Source of the DNA: a virus
Lineage: Duplodnaviria > Caudoviricetes
Direction: 5' to 3' (one strand)
DNA: 33,008 nt
Virus record (IMG/VR): IMGVR_UViG_3300032216_000376
Location: 1-33,008 of that record
How positions within the stretch are numbered: position 1 is the first letter of the stretch; each line of letters starts with the position of its first letter. Positions 16,713-25,572 of this stretch are shown here, one piece after another. Position numbers and translations under genes: made by a program. Under the pieces are notes generated by a model. The model was not told the DNA's origin. It made no database searches and was given only the letters and a program-made list of their open reading frames with translations.

Positions 16713-16726
16713 GGGTGGATTTTACA

Positions 16727-16921
16727 TTAGGTTCGCCAGACTCGAAGCCCTTTAATCCCATCTAGCAACACTACTTTCGTAACAATATCCATCTTCAATC
16801 TTTTAGCCACACGGTTTAGTTCTTCCCGTGCGGCCTTCTCGTCTATGCAGGGTACAAAGAAGCTGTACCCTTTGCGGAACTTCTTCCACTCAATCTGATA
16901 CGACACTGTCTCGATTTGCAT
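16727..16921 (-). CDS. Small conserved phage protein (hypothetical; possible DNA-binding)
   Basis: 64 aa with W..F..GYSFFVP...GLRVWR. It overlaps the end of the primase-helicase gene. Confidence 0.7.
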   Translation of the reverse strand: MQIETVSYQIEWKKFRKGYSFFVPCIDEKAAREELNRVAKRLKMDIVTKVVLLDGIKGLRVWRT

Positions 16922-19736
16922 CTGCGGTCAATGTATCAAGTTGTAGATATTCAGACTTACCTGCGTCAAACTTTAATGTCCGTACGACTGGTGACGACAA
17001 CTTCATACCCTTAGACATACGCTTGTTGACGGTTTCCAATAGGATTTGCTGGTCAGTCATGGTTTTAAGCAGGCTCTTGTAGTTGATCTGCTGTTTAACG
17101 CAGAACTCTTTGAACTGCTTTGCAGCTACATATAGATGTTTGGTATCTGGCTCGTAGCGTATTAGTAACTCTCCACGCGGTTCCATACCCGGCATCGCCT
17201 GCATGTTTGTCCGTGCGTCAACTTCACCGTTAACCACCAATGTGTTCATTGCTAAGTGAGCGTTCACAAACTCGCCAAGGGCTGTAACTGGAGAATCTGT
17301 CGGTGGCTTAACGTCAAGGCGCATCTCAGACAACATGCTTTTCATCCACTTATAGATTTCTTTCATGTCATAGTTATGCAGACCAAGTTCTTTGGCTATC
17401 AAACCGCCAGTAATGATGGTGGCGCATACGGCTGACCAAAAGCGTTCGCGTGATGTGAACTGGACTTCTTTGTCAATCTTGGCTTGAATCTGTTTATATG
17501 TATTCTTGGCTTCTTCAAGGTTGTTAACTAACCAAGTAATGTAGATTTCCCCTGCGTGGCCGTAGTTCTCGTTGAGTTGGTGGTCAAACATCTCCTTGCC
17601 GTAAGCCATACCAATCACGTCGTTAGGCTCAATCTTGTACTCTAATAGGCGCACTGACTCACCATCCGGAGCGCTCTTTAACATCAATAGCTTTTCATGG
17701 AAGCTGGCGTTAGCCGATGCCAGAGTCATGTTCTGCCAAGAAGTATTGTTAACGCGCAGTGCATTCTCTGAACCTTTAACTCGGTGTTTGCCTCGACCTT
17801 GACTGATGCCGTATGCCAAGTCGGAAAACTCCTTGGGTAGCATGTTGGTAATCTCGTCAATCGTATTGGGTAGGTTGTTCATCACACCCAGTTGTTGCAT
17901 CTTGGCGTTGAGCGTATCTTTCTCAATCGCCATCATTTCGTACGGCATTCCGTACACGCTGTTGCACATGCGCAGAATCGTAGATTTTCCTGATCCAGCC
18001 TGCTCGTAGATCACGTTAATGATTGCACCCTTTAAGCCAGTGAACTTGAACAATGGGGCACCGAATGCCGTAAGAGCGGCAAACGCATGGGGCTCCATGC
18101 CCGGTTTTGCATACAGATTAAATACTTCTTTCCACTTCTCCATGTCGCCTTTGGTGTGAATCTTTTCTGCGAAGAAGTCTGTTGTTGATGACGGCGGGCT
18201 ATAGAACGTCCCGTCTTTGGTGATCTCTTTGTCACCCATAATAAATTTGCTGTCTCCATCTACCCATCCGAATTGTGTTCTCATTAGCTCTGCTTTCTTT
18301 GTGTACTGTAAGTTTTTGACTGATGTAACGACATACGTGGCAAGGTTTTCATACTGCTTGTGGTGTGCCATCACTCCCTGTTGTGCAAGATGCTTGCGCA
18401 GCTCGTCTTTAGAAGATATAGCTGCTGTCGTAATAGCAAACTCTTTCATACCGTCGTGCGGTAGGTGATGCCTAAACAGCGCCATCTCTCCTAACTCTTT
18501 GTCCCGCATCCGCTTAATCACATACAGATCATGTTCATAGACTAGCTTTGGCTCGCCCTCTTCATCATCTTGTTGTGGTCTGACGTAAATGCCACCTTTT
18601 TTCCCACGAAAAAATGGGAATGGGTACTCAGGTATTTGGTGCTTGACTACACCTTGTTTGGTTTCAACTTCAACTTCGTTATCTTCTTCGGTGGCTTGCT
18701 CAATCTCCACACCCAAAACAATAGGTGACTTGAACTTACCTCGGTGTGGGCAACCCTCACAACCTCCGGGATTTCGCTCCTCAAATGTGTCGCAGTGGTG
18801 TGGCCCACCGTTCTTTCTTATATTCTTTAGTTTCTGGTTAACCTCTGCGGGGTCATACTCGGGATGCTTCTCTGACATTTTGTGGGCGGCTTTGTCTCCA
18901 TCTACGCAAAAAGCGGGAATAGATAACGCAGACATCCACAGTGGTTCGCTAAGTTCTTCTTGATTCTCATAGCAGTAATTGAGTTGGGCGCAACCCTTCT
19001 CGCCTAGCATCATGATCGTCTTGAACTTCTTAACCTTATTACCCAATAATGCTTCCATCATTGGGCTCATCGCTCTCGGCACAAAGTCAGGCTGTTCTTG
19101 CTCAGGCGCATCTGCACCGAGTAATTCTTTGTAGGCTTCGTACGATAGAGGCTTTGTGTGCTCGTTCCAAACTGTGACGGGTTTAGGGTCATCTTTGTTC
19201 TTGAAATTAGCCGAGTGCATTGGGCGCAAGATACGTGAGGCTTCGAAGACGTGTGGGTCAACGATTAGTCCATGCTCTTTACACAATGCTTTTAGTCGCT
19301 TAGCTAACGGCGTCCACTCTTGACGAGTAACCGTGCGGTCGAGCAACCAGTAGGCGTGAATTCCGTTGCCAGAGTTCACCAGTATGGGTCTATGCAGTCC
19401 AGCGGTTTTGCAAAACTTTTGTAATTCTGCTAGTCCAGTCTGTTGATCTAGATAGCCCTCAATAATCCCTTTGGAGTTAGGTACGCCCTTGGTAGGGCCG
19501 CAATCAATATCCATCCACAATGCGCGGAAGTATTGAGCGTTACCGTGAGTCCTGTCGTTCGCTGGTCCAAATTTAGCGCATCCAAAGAACGCGTCAATCT
19601 TCTTACCTACAAACTCTTGAATTATTTCTTCAGCTTCTTCTCTAGTATCTACAAATCTTTGATCTGGAAACGTGCCACCCCCGAATACACAGTACCGTCC
19701 CTCCGTTGGGAGCACTGCATTGAGTAGGTCAAACAT
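16890..19736 (-). CDS. Primase-helicase: N-terminal AEP (RepB'-like) primase, Cys-rich domain, DUF927 + AAA+ helicase
   Basis: WMDIDC (DxD), VNSGNGIHAYW and SRILRP primase motifs; RTQFGW (DUF927); Walker A AGSGKST; Walker B TIDEIT; NENYGHAG. Confidence 0.85.
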   Translation of the reverse strand: MFDLLNAVLPTEGRYCVFGGGTFPDQRFVDTREEAEEIIQEFVGKKIDAFFGCAKFGPANDRTHGNAQYFRALWMDIDCGPTKGVPNSKGIIEGYLDQQTGLAELQKFCKTAGLHRPILVNSGNGIHAYWLLDRTVTRQEWTPLAKRLKALCKEHGLIVDPHVFEASRILRPMHSANFKNKDDPKPVTVWNEHTKPLSYEAYKELLGADAPEQEQPDFVPRAMSPMMEALLGNKVKKFKTIMMLGEKGCAQLNYCYENQEELSEPLWMSALSIPAFCVDGDKAAHKMSEKHPEYDPAEVNQKLKNIRKNGGPHHCDTFEERNPGGCEGCPHRGKFKSPIVLGVEIEQATEEDNEVEVETKQGVVKHQIPEYPFPFFRGKKGGIYVRPQQDDEEGEPKLVYEHDLYVIKRMRDKELGEMALFRHHLPHDGMKEFAITTAAISSKDELRKHLAQQGVMAHHKQYENLATYVVTSVKNLQYTKKAELMRTQFGWVDGDSKFIMGDKEITKDGTFYSPPSSTTDFFAEKIHTKGDMEKWKEVFNLYAKPGMEPHAFAALTAFGAPLFKFTGLKGAIINVIYEQAGSGKSTILRMCNSVYGMPYEMMAIEKDTLNAKMQQLGVMNNLPNTIDEITNMLPKEFSDLAYGISQGRGKHRVKGSENALRVNNTSWQNMTLASANASFHEKLLMLKSAPDGESVRLLEYKIEPNDVIGMAYGKEMFDHQLNENYGHAGEIYITWLVNNLEEAKNTYKQIQAKIDKEVQFTSRERFWSAVCATIITGGLIAKELGLHNYDMKEIYKWMKSMLSEMRLDVKPPTDSPVTALGEFVNAHLAMNTLVVNGEVDARTNMQAMPGMEPRGELLIRYEPDTKHLYVAAKQFKEFCVKQQINYKSLLKTMTDQQILLETVNKRMSKGMKLSSPVVRTLKFDAGKSEYLQLDTLTADANRDSVVSD

Positions 19737-19969
19737 TATTGGTGCTTCAAAATCGTGATGTATTCTTTGATGGGCTCAACCATTCGACTGTTTGGAATTA
19801 CCCGCCCTTCGAACCAGTTGTAAACCGTCTGACGACTGACGTCGAATCTCTCCGCAATAGAAGAAACGCTAACGCCAGTCTTTATACAAATACGTCCCAA
19901 AGCTACACCTATATGTTTTCCGTCAGCGGATTTATTCGCCAACATCAAATTTAAGCTGTAGCCTGACAC
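19736..19969 (-). CDS. XRE-like helix-turn-helix protein
   Basis: VSVSSIAERFDVSRQTVYNWFEG is a classic HTH. GTG start with SD GAGG. Confidence 0.85.
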   Translation of the reverse strand: MSGYSLNLMLANKSADGKHIGVALGRICIKTGVSVSSIAERFDVSRQTVYNWFEGRVIPNSRMVEPIKEYITILKHQ

Positions 19970-19971
19970 GC

Positions 19972-20883
19972 TTATTCCTCGTCAGTCCAAGCGGCAACTA
20001 CAGAGTCCAAACTTTTCTTGACTGTAGGTGCGGGTGCTTCGGCTTTCTTAGACTCGCGCTTCTTTGGTTCCTCGACTGCATCGTCATCAGTCACAGGAAT
20101 TGCTTGGGCCACGGGCTTAGGAGCAGGTGCTTCTAACTTAGGTCTGCCAGCAACGTCGGCTTGGTATGGTGTCATAACTACCATCTTCTGCACTTCGGGC
20201 TTGGCCGCAACTTTGCTAGTCACTGCGTACTCACCCTTGTTGATGAAGCGAGTCGGCGTAAACAAAATAGACTGGTTGTCGTTGTCTTCGTTGAAGCTCA
20301 ACTGTGTAACGACGTAGTCCAAGCTCTTGCCGTTGTTAGCCAAATACTTGGTGTAGCTCTCGAATGGGTGGGTGTTGTCGCCAACGCTTTCACCAAACAA
20401 AGATTTAGATGCCAAGTTCATTTGATAAACCTCACCCTCGAGTGAAGAACCAAAGTCCTCTTCTAACACCACGGCAATACGACGTGAGTAACGGCAAGCC
20501 TTAGAGTTACCTTGGCCTGAGCCCTTGATGTTTTGTTGGCATGAATCGCAACGCTCTGCTTGTGGACTCGCTGAACTTTCATCAGGTGACTGACCATTGT
20601 TTGAGAAACAGTCTGGTGCAGATGGCTCTGCCTCGGGTGTCCACTGCTTAGCGTAGAAGATACGACCAACTTTAGGAGATGCGCTCACAACGATAACATT
20701 AAGGTTACCCTTGACCTTGCCCATCTCTTCACCACCAACCGTCTTACGGAAGATTCCGTTCTTCGGTACGATGCGCTTGACGCCAGCGGTTTTACGGCCA
20801 GCTAATTGTTTTGTAAGCTCGCTAACTCCTGCTGTTTGCAAAAAGTCTGGGAGGTCTTGGTTTAAAAGTGTTAAGTCACTCAT
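19972..20883 (-). CDS. Putative ssDNA-binding/annealing protein with Cys4 motif
   Basis: 303 aa with PDCFS..RCDSC..KACR, a Pro/Lys-rich linker and an acidic-aromatic C-terminal tip (AAWTDEE). It lies in the replication operon. Confidence 0.55.
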   Translation of the reverse strand: MSDLTLLNQDLPDFLQTAGVSELTKQLAGRKTAGVKRIVPKNGIFRKTVGGEEMGKVKGNLNVIVVSASPKVGRIFYAKQWTPEAEPSAPDCFSNNGQSPDESSASPQAERCDSCQQNIKGSGQGNSKACRYSRRIAVVLEEDFGSSLEGEVYQMNLASKSLFGESVGDNTHPFESYTKYLANNGKSLDYVVTQLSFNEDNDNQSILFTPTRFINKGEYAVTSKVAAKPEVQKMVVMTPYQADVAGRPKLEAPAPKPVAQAIPVTDDDAVEEPKKRESKKAEAPAPTVKKSLDSVVAAWTDEE

Positions 20884-20884
20884 C

Positions 20885-21322
20885 TCATTTTTCCTTTGAA
20901 CGTCTAACTACCACGGTAAATTCGTTTTCGACATTAAGTCCTTTCGGGTAAATGTCTGGATTCTCTGCAAGAAACTCTTTCATGTGTGTCTGATGAAGTC
21001 TCTTCTCTAACAGGCCATAGTCGCCAACTTCTTCAATGAAGGCGTACATAGAATCCCAATCGTTAGTCCAGTACCGTGACTTAACTGTACGAACGATCGT
21101 GCCATGTGGGGTGCGTATGCTATCAGCGCCTTGCTCTTTGCAAGTGTCTAGCATCTGTTGTTCGAGCACTTCGAGTTGTTCTTCTAACTCTGCGTGGTCG
21201 GCTTTGTATTTTGCGGTGAGGTTGTCACGCGCATCACGAATCTTTATGTAGATCATCGTGAGTTTGTCTAGGGAAATGTCGGGTCGGACGGGGGTGACTT
21301 CGTCCTGAACTTCTGCGTCCAT
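20885..21322 (-). CDS. Conserved phage replication-module protein (coiled coil + small beta domain)
   Basis: YIKIRD..coiled coil..SIRTPHGTI..DWDSMYAFI..LLEKR. Start chosen at 21322 because GGAG lies 6 nt upstream; the ORF track start at 21334 has no SD. Confidence 0.75.
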   Translation of the reverse strand: MDAEVQDEVTPVRPDISLDKLTMIYIKIRDARDNLTAKYKADHAELEEQLEVLEQQMLDTCKEQGADSIRTPHGTIVRTVKSRYWTNDWDSMYAFIEEVGDYGLLEKRLHQTHMKEFLAENPDIYPKGLNVENEFTVVVRRSKEK

Positions 21323-21351
21323 CGTTAGCTCCATTTTGTTTTTGGTTGGTC

Positions 21352-21379
21352 AGTATATCACAACATTTGACATTGTCAA
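21352..21379 (-). promoter_or_regulatory. Sigma70-type promoter with palindromic operator over the -35
   Basis: Minus strand TTGACA-16 nt-TATACT with a TG extension. Palindrome TTGACAATGTCAA at 21367-21379. Confidence 0.8.
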
Positions 21380-22764
21380 GTACTTTCAGAAATAATTTCT
21401 TGTTTGTACAGGTCAATGATCTCGCTGTGGTTTGCTACGTTACCCCGTAGTAGGGAATACATCCTGCGCTCAACTTGACTACCACTGAGGTGAACGATAG
21501 TCATTGCATTAACTTGGCCGGGCCTGTCAATGCGAGCGTTGGCTTGGAGGTATGTTTCTACACTAGTACACGGAGCGTACCAGATGATTGTGTCGGCGGC
21601 AGTTAGGGTAAGTCCGTGAGATGCGGCCTGAGGCTGAATGATTAGGACTTTTGGTTGCGGGTTGTTTTGGAAGTGCGTAACTATGTCTGTGCGTCGGTTA
21701 ACGCTCACGTTTCCGTTGATGATCTCACTAGTGATGCCGTGCTTAGTTAGATACTTTTGTAGCAATTCAATCGTATGCGTAAAGGGTACGAACACCAATA
21801 CTTTATTGCTAGTCTCATCTATAACCTCATGCACCACCTTGAGTCGGCTTGATACATCAAACTCTAAGACTTCACGATTGTCAGTATAGACCGCACCGCC
21901 TGAGATTTGTAATAGCTTGTTGATTTTTACGGCAGCATTGACTGCGGAGATTTCTTCCCCGTCGGCCTCAATCAGCATCTCTTGCTTTAGCTTTTTGTAA
22001 TACACCAACTGTTGCGGAGTTAGCGGAGCATCACGGTCAATGAATGTCACAGGCGGTAGGTCTAGACAATCCTTCTTCTCAAACCTGATCGCGGGTTGTA
22101 GAGCTTTATGCACAATTTGTTTAGCCACGGGGCGTGGTATCCACCGATACTCGCTAACCTTCTCCATGACTAAGTCTTTGAACTGCGATACAAATATAGG
22201 CACAGCCGTTGGGTTGACTAACTTTGCCAATCCGAAAGCATCCACAGGAGATTGAGCCGCTGGTGTTCCGGTCAACATCCATAAACCCTTGACGACTTTC
22301 ATTACGTCACGCAGGTCTTTCCACCGCACAGTCTTATTGTTCTTGTAGGCTGACGCCTCGTCTACGACGACCAAATCAAAGCCACCATCCATAACTTCTT
22401 TTTTAACTATGCCTACACCGTCGAAGTTGATGATGACGAACTCGTTGCCCGCATTAACAATTTCTTTACGCTTTTTGGCTGAGCCATAAGCAATCGACAC
22501 GGTGCGATGAATGGCAAACTTGAACAAGTCTTGTTGCCATGCGGACTTCATGATTGACAGCGGACAAATCACTAACACTCGCTTCACTAACCCTAACTGC
22601 ATGAGGTAATCAACTGCCCATATAACTGATGCCGTTTTACCTGTGCCCTGCTCGTTGAAGCAGAACGCTTTGCGGTTATTAACTAAAAACTCTGATGTTG
22701 TCTTCTGATGATCGAACGGGGTGAACCCGTGAGGACGGGGCCACTCATACTCTGATAATTTCAT
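21376..22764 (-). CDS. SNF2-family (SF2) helicase
   Basis: PFDHQ, EQGTGKT, LVICPLS, VVVDEAS, LTGTP, HGLTLTAA and QANARIDRPGQ motifs. Confidence 0.92.
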   Translation of the reverse strand: MKLSEYEWPRPHGFTPFDHQKTTSEFLVNNRKAFCFNEQGTGKTASVIWAVDYLMQLGLVKRVLVICPLSIMKSAWQQDLFKFAIHRTVSIAYGSAKKRKEIVNAGNEFVIINFDGVGIVKKEVMDGGFDLVVVDEASAYKNNKTVRWKDLRDVMKVVKGLWMLTGTPAAQSPVDAFGLAKLVNPTAVPIFVSQFKDLVMEKVSEYRWIPRPVAKQIVHKALQPAIRFEKKDCLDLPPVTFIDRDAPLTPQQLVYYKKLKQEMLIEADGEEISAVNAAVKINKLLQISGGAVYTDNREVLEFDVSSRLKVVHEVIDETSNKVLVFVPFTHTIELLQKYLTKHGITSEIINGNVSVNRRTDIVTHFQNNPQPKVLIIQPQAASHGLTLTAADTIIWYAPCTSVETYLQANARIDRPGQVNAMTIVHLSGSQVERRMYSLLRGNVANHSEIIDLYKQEIISEST

Positions 22765-23075
22765 TTTTTCTTTCGCTCTCTCGTGCTTACTTCTGATACA
22801 ACTTTGTGGTTTGACCCACGCTTGAATGAGCGGTTAACAGATGCGCTCTCTAAGCGCACACCGTTTTTGTTTGACCCACCTTTTGATAGTGCCATACGAT
22901 GTGCAACATCTTTACCTTCTCTAACATCTGCACGACCATCTTTATCACGGTCAGGGTTCTTCTTGTCAATGTTTTCTCTAGCACGCTGACGCTCTAAGCG
23001 TTCGTCGGATTCGCCTCGAGCAACTTGTTGTTGGTATTCTTTTTTATATGGGCGGGGTTTATTCACGTATGGCAT
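22761..23075 (-). CDS. HNH-like endonuclease (small)
   Basis: KDVAHRMALSKGGSN...VRLESASVNRS fits a beta-beta-alpha-Me H-N-N pattern. Confidence 0.65.
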   Translation of the reverse strand: MPYVNKPRPYKKEYQQQVARGESDERLERQRARENIDKKNPDRDKDGRADVREGKDVAHRMALSKGGSNKNGVRLESASVNRSFKRGSNHKVVSEVSTRERKKK

Positions 23076-23358
23076 GGGTCACCTTTTCAATGTTGTGGCT
23101 GTTAAGTTCTTCTTGGGTCAAACCAAACTCCTCGGGGGTTGCCTCCCAAAGTGGTTTGCGCCCCTCATTTTCTACCACCTGTAACATTTTGCCAACTGCA
23201 ATGCTGACCTCCAACATCATCTCGGCTTTGTACTTATTTAGTTCCTGATGGATGATTGAGCCCACCATGTTGACCACGACCCGCTCAACAATTTCGGTGC
23301 ATCGTCGTTTTAGTTCTCCCTCAAGGATGAGGGCTGCGTCTAGTTGTTCATTTTCCAT
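23059..23358 (-). CDS. Hypothetical protein
   Basis: 99 aa with strong SD AGGAG, packed between its neighbours. Confidence 0.75.
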   Translation of the reverse strand: MENEQLDAALILEGELKRRCTEIVERVVVNMVGSIIHQELNKYKAEMMLEVSIAVGKMLQVVENEGRKPLWEATPEEFGLTQEELNSHNIEKVTHAIRE

Positions 23359-23373
23359 TGTTAACTCCTGTTG
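23359..23373 (-). repeat. 15-bp direct repeat (copy 1) spanning stop codon + RBS
   Basis: tgttaactcctgttg is identical to 28844-28858. The minus strand reads CAACAGGAGTTAACA. Confidence 0.85.
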
Positions 23374-24023
23374 TACTCACATGTTTTCACTGCACAGAAT
23401 TTGCACAGTGGGCCTTGTATAGGGTTCCACACCCCATTCTTTAGTGCTGCCTCGATACGGGCAACATCTTGTGCTGGTTTCTCTATGTACTTGGGCACCA
23501 TCTCTGCGTGGTGATCGGCACGAACGAACTCTTTACTAACTACAAATATTAGTCCGGAGCGGATTTTCTTGATATACGGAAACTTGGCGAATAGTCCACA
23601 GGCTACTAGGTCCAGTTGTTTCACATCCGCATATCTCGCACTCTTGCTTGTTTTGTAATCCAACGAGTAAGCTATCCCCGTGTTCTTGTTGATAATCACT
23701 AAGTCCGCCACCCCATGCCACCACACATTCGGCGCATCGAAATCGCAGGACTCTAAGGTTTCCGTCAACCCAAGTTTTACCTCGCATAGTTTTTCTCCTT
23801 CTAATTTGTTAAGCACATCCAGTGTGTCTTTCATGTAATCAAACGCAGGGGGTATAGGTTTACCGTCCCTGATGTATTCCTCTGCCACAGTATGTGCAGT
23901 CTTACCGTACAACGTAGCTGTTGTGTCAGGCTCAACGATGTCTTTAAGTATCTTGGTATGGTGATACTTGCGCGGACACTGCTGAAATGTCTTGAGGCTA
24001 CTAAACGACCAAACGATGCTCAT
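23361..24023 (-). CDS. Cas4-like / RecB-family PD-(D/E)xK exonuclease
   Basis: WSFSSLKTFQQCPRKY, G..AH, CEVKL, GVADLV, LDYKTS, QL, and C-terminal CKFC....C (1+3 Cys Fe-S pattern). Confidence 0.88.
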   Translation of the reverse strand: MSIVWSFSSLKTFQQCPRKYHHTKILKDIVEPDTTATLYGKTAHTVAEEYIRDGKPIPPAFDYMKDTLDVLNKLEGEKLCEVKLGLTETLESCDFDAPNVWWHGVADLVIINKNTGIAYSLDYKTSKSARYADVKQLDLVACGLFAKFPYIKKIRSGLIFVVSKEFVRADHHAEMVPKYIEKPAQDVARIEAALKNGVWNPIQGPLCKFCAVKTCEYNRS

Positions 24024-24334
24024 GCTTGTCCCCTTGCTCTGATTGCTTTGGCGTATCCATCAAGTATTGTTGCTGTGTAATTTTGAAGCCATACATCGCT
24101 TTTAAGTCCGCTCAAATCTGTTAACTCAAACAACTTTGCACACGCCTCACGTTCAAGAGCAACTGCTACATCAACTGCTTTCTCAGCCGCTTTCATTGCG
24201 GCATCAGTTAATCGCTCACGCTCTTTCTCTGCTACCAATTTGGCAAAAGTTTCAAGTTCTTTTTTATGAAAGTCAATAACAGGCCCGCGAATACCCACCT
24301 GTTTAGCCATCTCAATGATTTCATCTTGTGTCAT
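24020..24334 (-). CDS. Hypothetical phage protein (EREACAK motif)
   Basis: MTQDEIIEMAKQ..FAKLVAEKERE..EREACAK..AIRARG, with ATGA overlaps at both ends. Confidence 0.75.
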   Translation of the reverse strand: MTQDEIIEMAKQVGIRGPVIDFHKKELETFAKLVAEKERERLTDAAMKAAEKAVDVAVALEREACAKLFELTDLSGLKSDVWLQNYTATILDGYAKAIRARGQA

Positions 24335-24456
24335 TCTTCTTCCTCAGGTGGTAATCTAAATTCCCAAAATCCATAGGCATCGCCTCGGCTCCAACGATTC
24401 CAAGAGAAGTGAACATCACGCGTTCTTTTGTTGATGTACTTCCACAGGATTCTCAT
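24331..24456 (-). CDS. 41-aa Trp-rich hypothetical protein (below ORF-track cutoff)
   Basis: Translated by hand: MRILWKYINKRTRDVHFSWNRWSRGDAYGFWEFRLPPEEEE. ATGA overlaps at both ends. Confidence 0.65.
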   Translation of the reverse strand: MRILWKYINKRTRDVHFSWNRWSRGDAYGFWEFRLPPEEEE

Positions 24457-24626
24457 TTCTTCAACTTCTCCCACAACTCCAACGCTAACTTGCGCCATAG
24501 ATTGCGGGCTTCTTTATTTTCTTGGCACTTTGGGCAATCGTGTGGCTCGTACATAGCACGCACCATCTCTTGCTTCACCTTGCTTCTACGCTCAATCTCG
24601 TTGAAGGCTTCGTCTTCGGGTGTCAT
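24453..24626 (-). CDS. 57-aa hypothetical protein with CxxC (below ORF-track cutoff)
   Basis: Translated by hand: MTPEDEAFNEIERRSKVKQEMVRAMYEPHDCPKCQENKEARNLWRKLALELWEKLKK. SD AAGGA upstream; ATGA overlaps. Confidence 0.7.
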   Translation of the reverse strand: MTPEDEAFNEIERRSKVKQEMVRAMYEPHDCPKCQENKEARNLWRKLALELWEKLKK

Positions 24627-24847
24627 TGTTTGTTCCTTAATTTCAATCTGTTCTTTATACGTTCCAGAGGGCGGTAATCAACATCAAACATGTCAGCTTC
24701 TACCGCTAATTCAAACAGTTTGGGCCAACTACCCTCTTCAGAAAACCAACGACGTATTGTTCTATCATCTACATCAATGAACCTGCCAACTTCCCTCTGA
24801 CTGATTCCTTTGTCGGTAAAGTATTTTCGTATCTCGCTCAGCGTCAT
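24623..24847 (-). CDS. XRE-like helix-turn-helix protein
   Basis: GISQREVGRFIDVDDRTIRRWF is an HTH; ATGA overlaps. Confidence 0.75.
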   Translation of the reverse strand: MTLSEIRKYFTDKGISQREVGRFIDVDDRTIRRWFSEEGSWPKLFELAVEADMFDVDYRPLERIKNRLKLRNKQ

Positions 24848-24993
24848 GTGTTCTTATCCTTAAGTAAGGCTTCAACTTCAAGAATCAAATCCCAACTACC
24901 TAATTTCATTTCTGAAAGTTCTATCATTTCTCCGTTTGACAACCCAACCCAAGGCTTCTTGTAGTCTTGGATGTCATCATCGTCTTCAATCAT
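24844..24993 (-). CDS. 49-aa hypothetical phage protein (PWVGL..E..LKxKN type)
   Basis: Translated by hand: MIEDDDDIQDYKKPWVGLSNGEMIELSEMKLGSWDLILEVEALLKDKNT. SD GGAG upstream. Confidence 0.7.
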   Translation of the reverse strand: MIEDDDDIQDYKKPWVGLSNGEMIELSEMKLGSWDLILEVEALLKDKNT

Positions 24994-25153
24994 CTTCTGT
25001 TTCTCCCCACATTGCTTCGTCAATTAACTGACGCTTTACTAACTCTAATACGCCAATCACAGTAGATGTGTATAGCGTCTCGTCATACTTGTGTAGCACT
25101 TCTAGCAGTTCCTCTGCCAAACCACCCGCAATTTGTCCTTGGTTAAGAATCAT
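24986..25153 (-). CDS. 55-aa hypothetical protein
   Basis: Translated by hand: MILNQGQIAGGLAEELLEVLHKYDETLYTSTVIGVLELVKRQLIDEAMWGETEDD. SD GGAGG upstream. Confidence 0.7.
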   Translation of the reverse strand: MILNQGQIAGGLAEELLEVLHKYDETLYTSTVIGVLELVKRQLIDEAMWGETEDD

Positions 25154-25155
25154 GC

Positions 25156-25572
25156 TTACCCTCCGTGCGCTACTGCGCTATCTGCATAGTCGGCTTTCTT
25201 CTGATACTTCGGCTCGTGTACCGACAAGAAGAAACATGTGTCGCCTTCAAATCGTACTGTGTCGCCACGATAAGTCCATGCCCACTTTGGTATCCCTATA
25301 CCTTGCGTAATAAATGCAAAGCCCTTAGCAGTTAGTGTCCACTCACCATCTACCCTAGTTCTACTAGCCAAACCCCAGTAGCGTAGCTTTTGAAAGTTAG
25401 TCCATTGTGTTCTTGTGATACGCAAAGCACGCAGACTAACGGGGCCCCCTCCTGCTGAGAATAGTTCGTACAACCCATGCGCCAAACCTTTGTTGAACAC
25501 ATGCCGATACTCGACCATCTTTGCATCGCAATGAGGGCAACGCTTCTTAACACTCGCCGTAGCTTTTTCCAT
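25156..25572 (-). CDS. CxxC + winged-helix-like conserved phage protein
   Basis: CPHC..FQKLRYWGL..GEWTLTAKGFAF. Start taken at 25572 (GAGG 6 nt upstream), overlapping the polymerase 3' end. Confidence 0.7.
   Translation of the reverse strand: MEKATASVKKRCPHCDAKMVEYRHVFNKGLAHGLYELFSAGGGPVSLRALRITRTQWTNFQKLRYWGLASRTRVDGEWTLTAKGFAFITQGIGIPKWAWTYRGDTVRFEGDTCFFLSVHEPKYQKKADYADSAVAHGG

Noticed and set aside
23361-24023. Cas4-like gene as evidence for CRISPR-Cas
   Set aside because: There is no repeat-spacer array or other cas gene. Solo Cas4-like nucleases are routine in phage replication modules.
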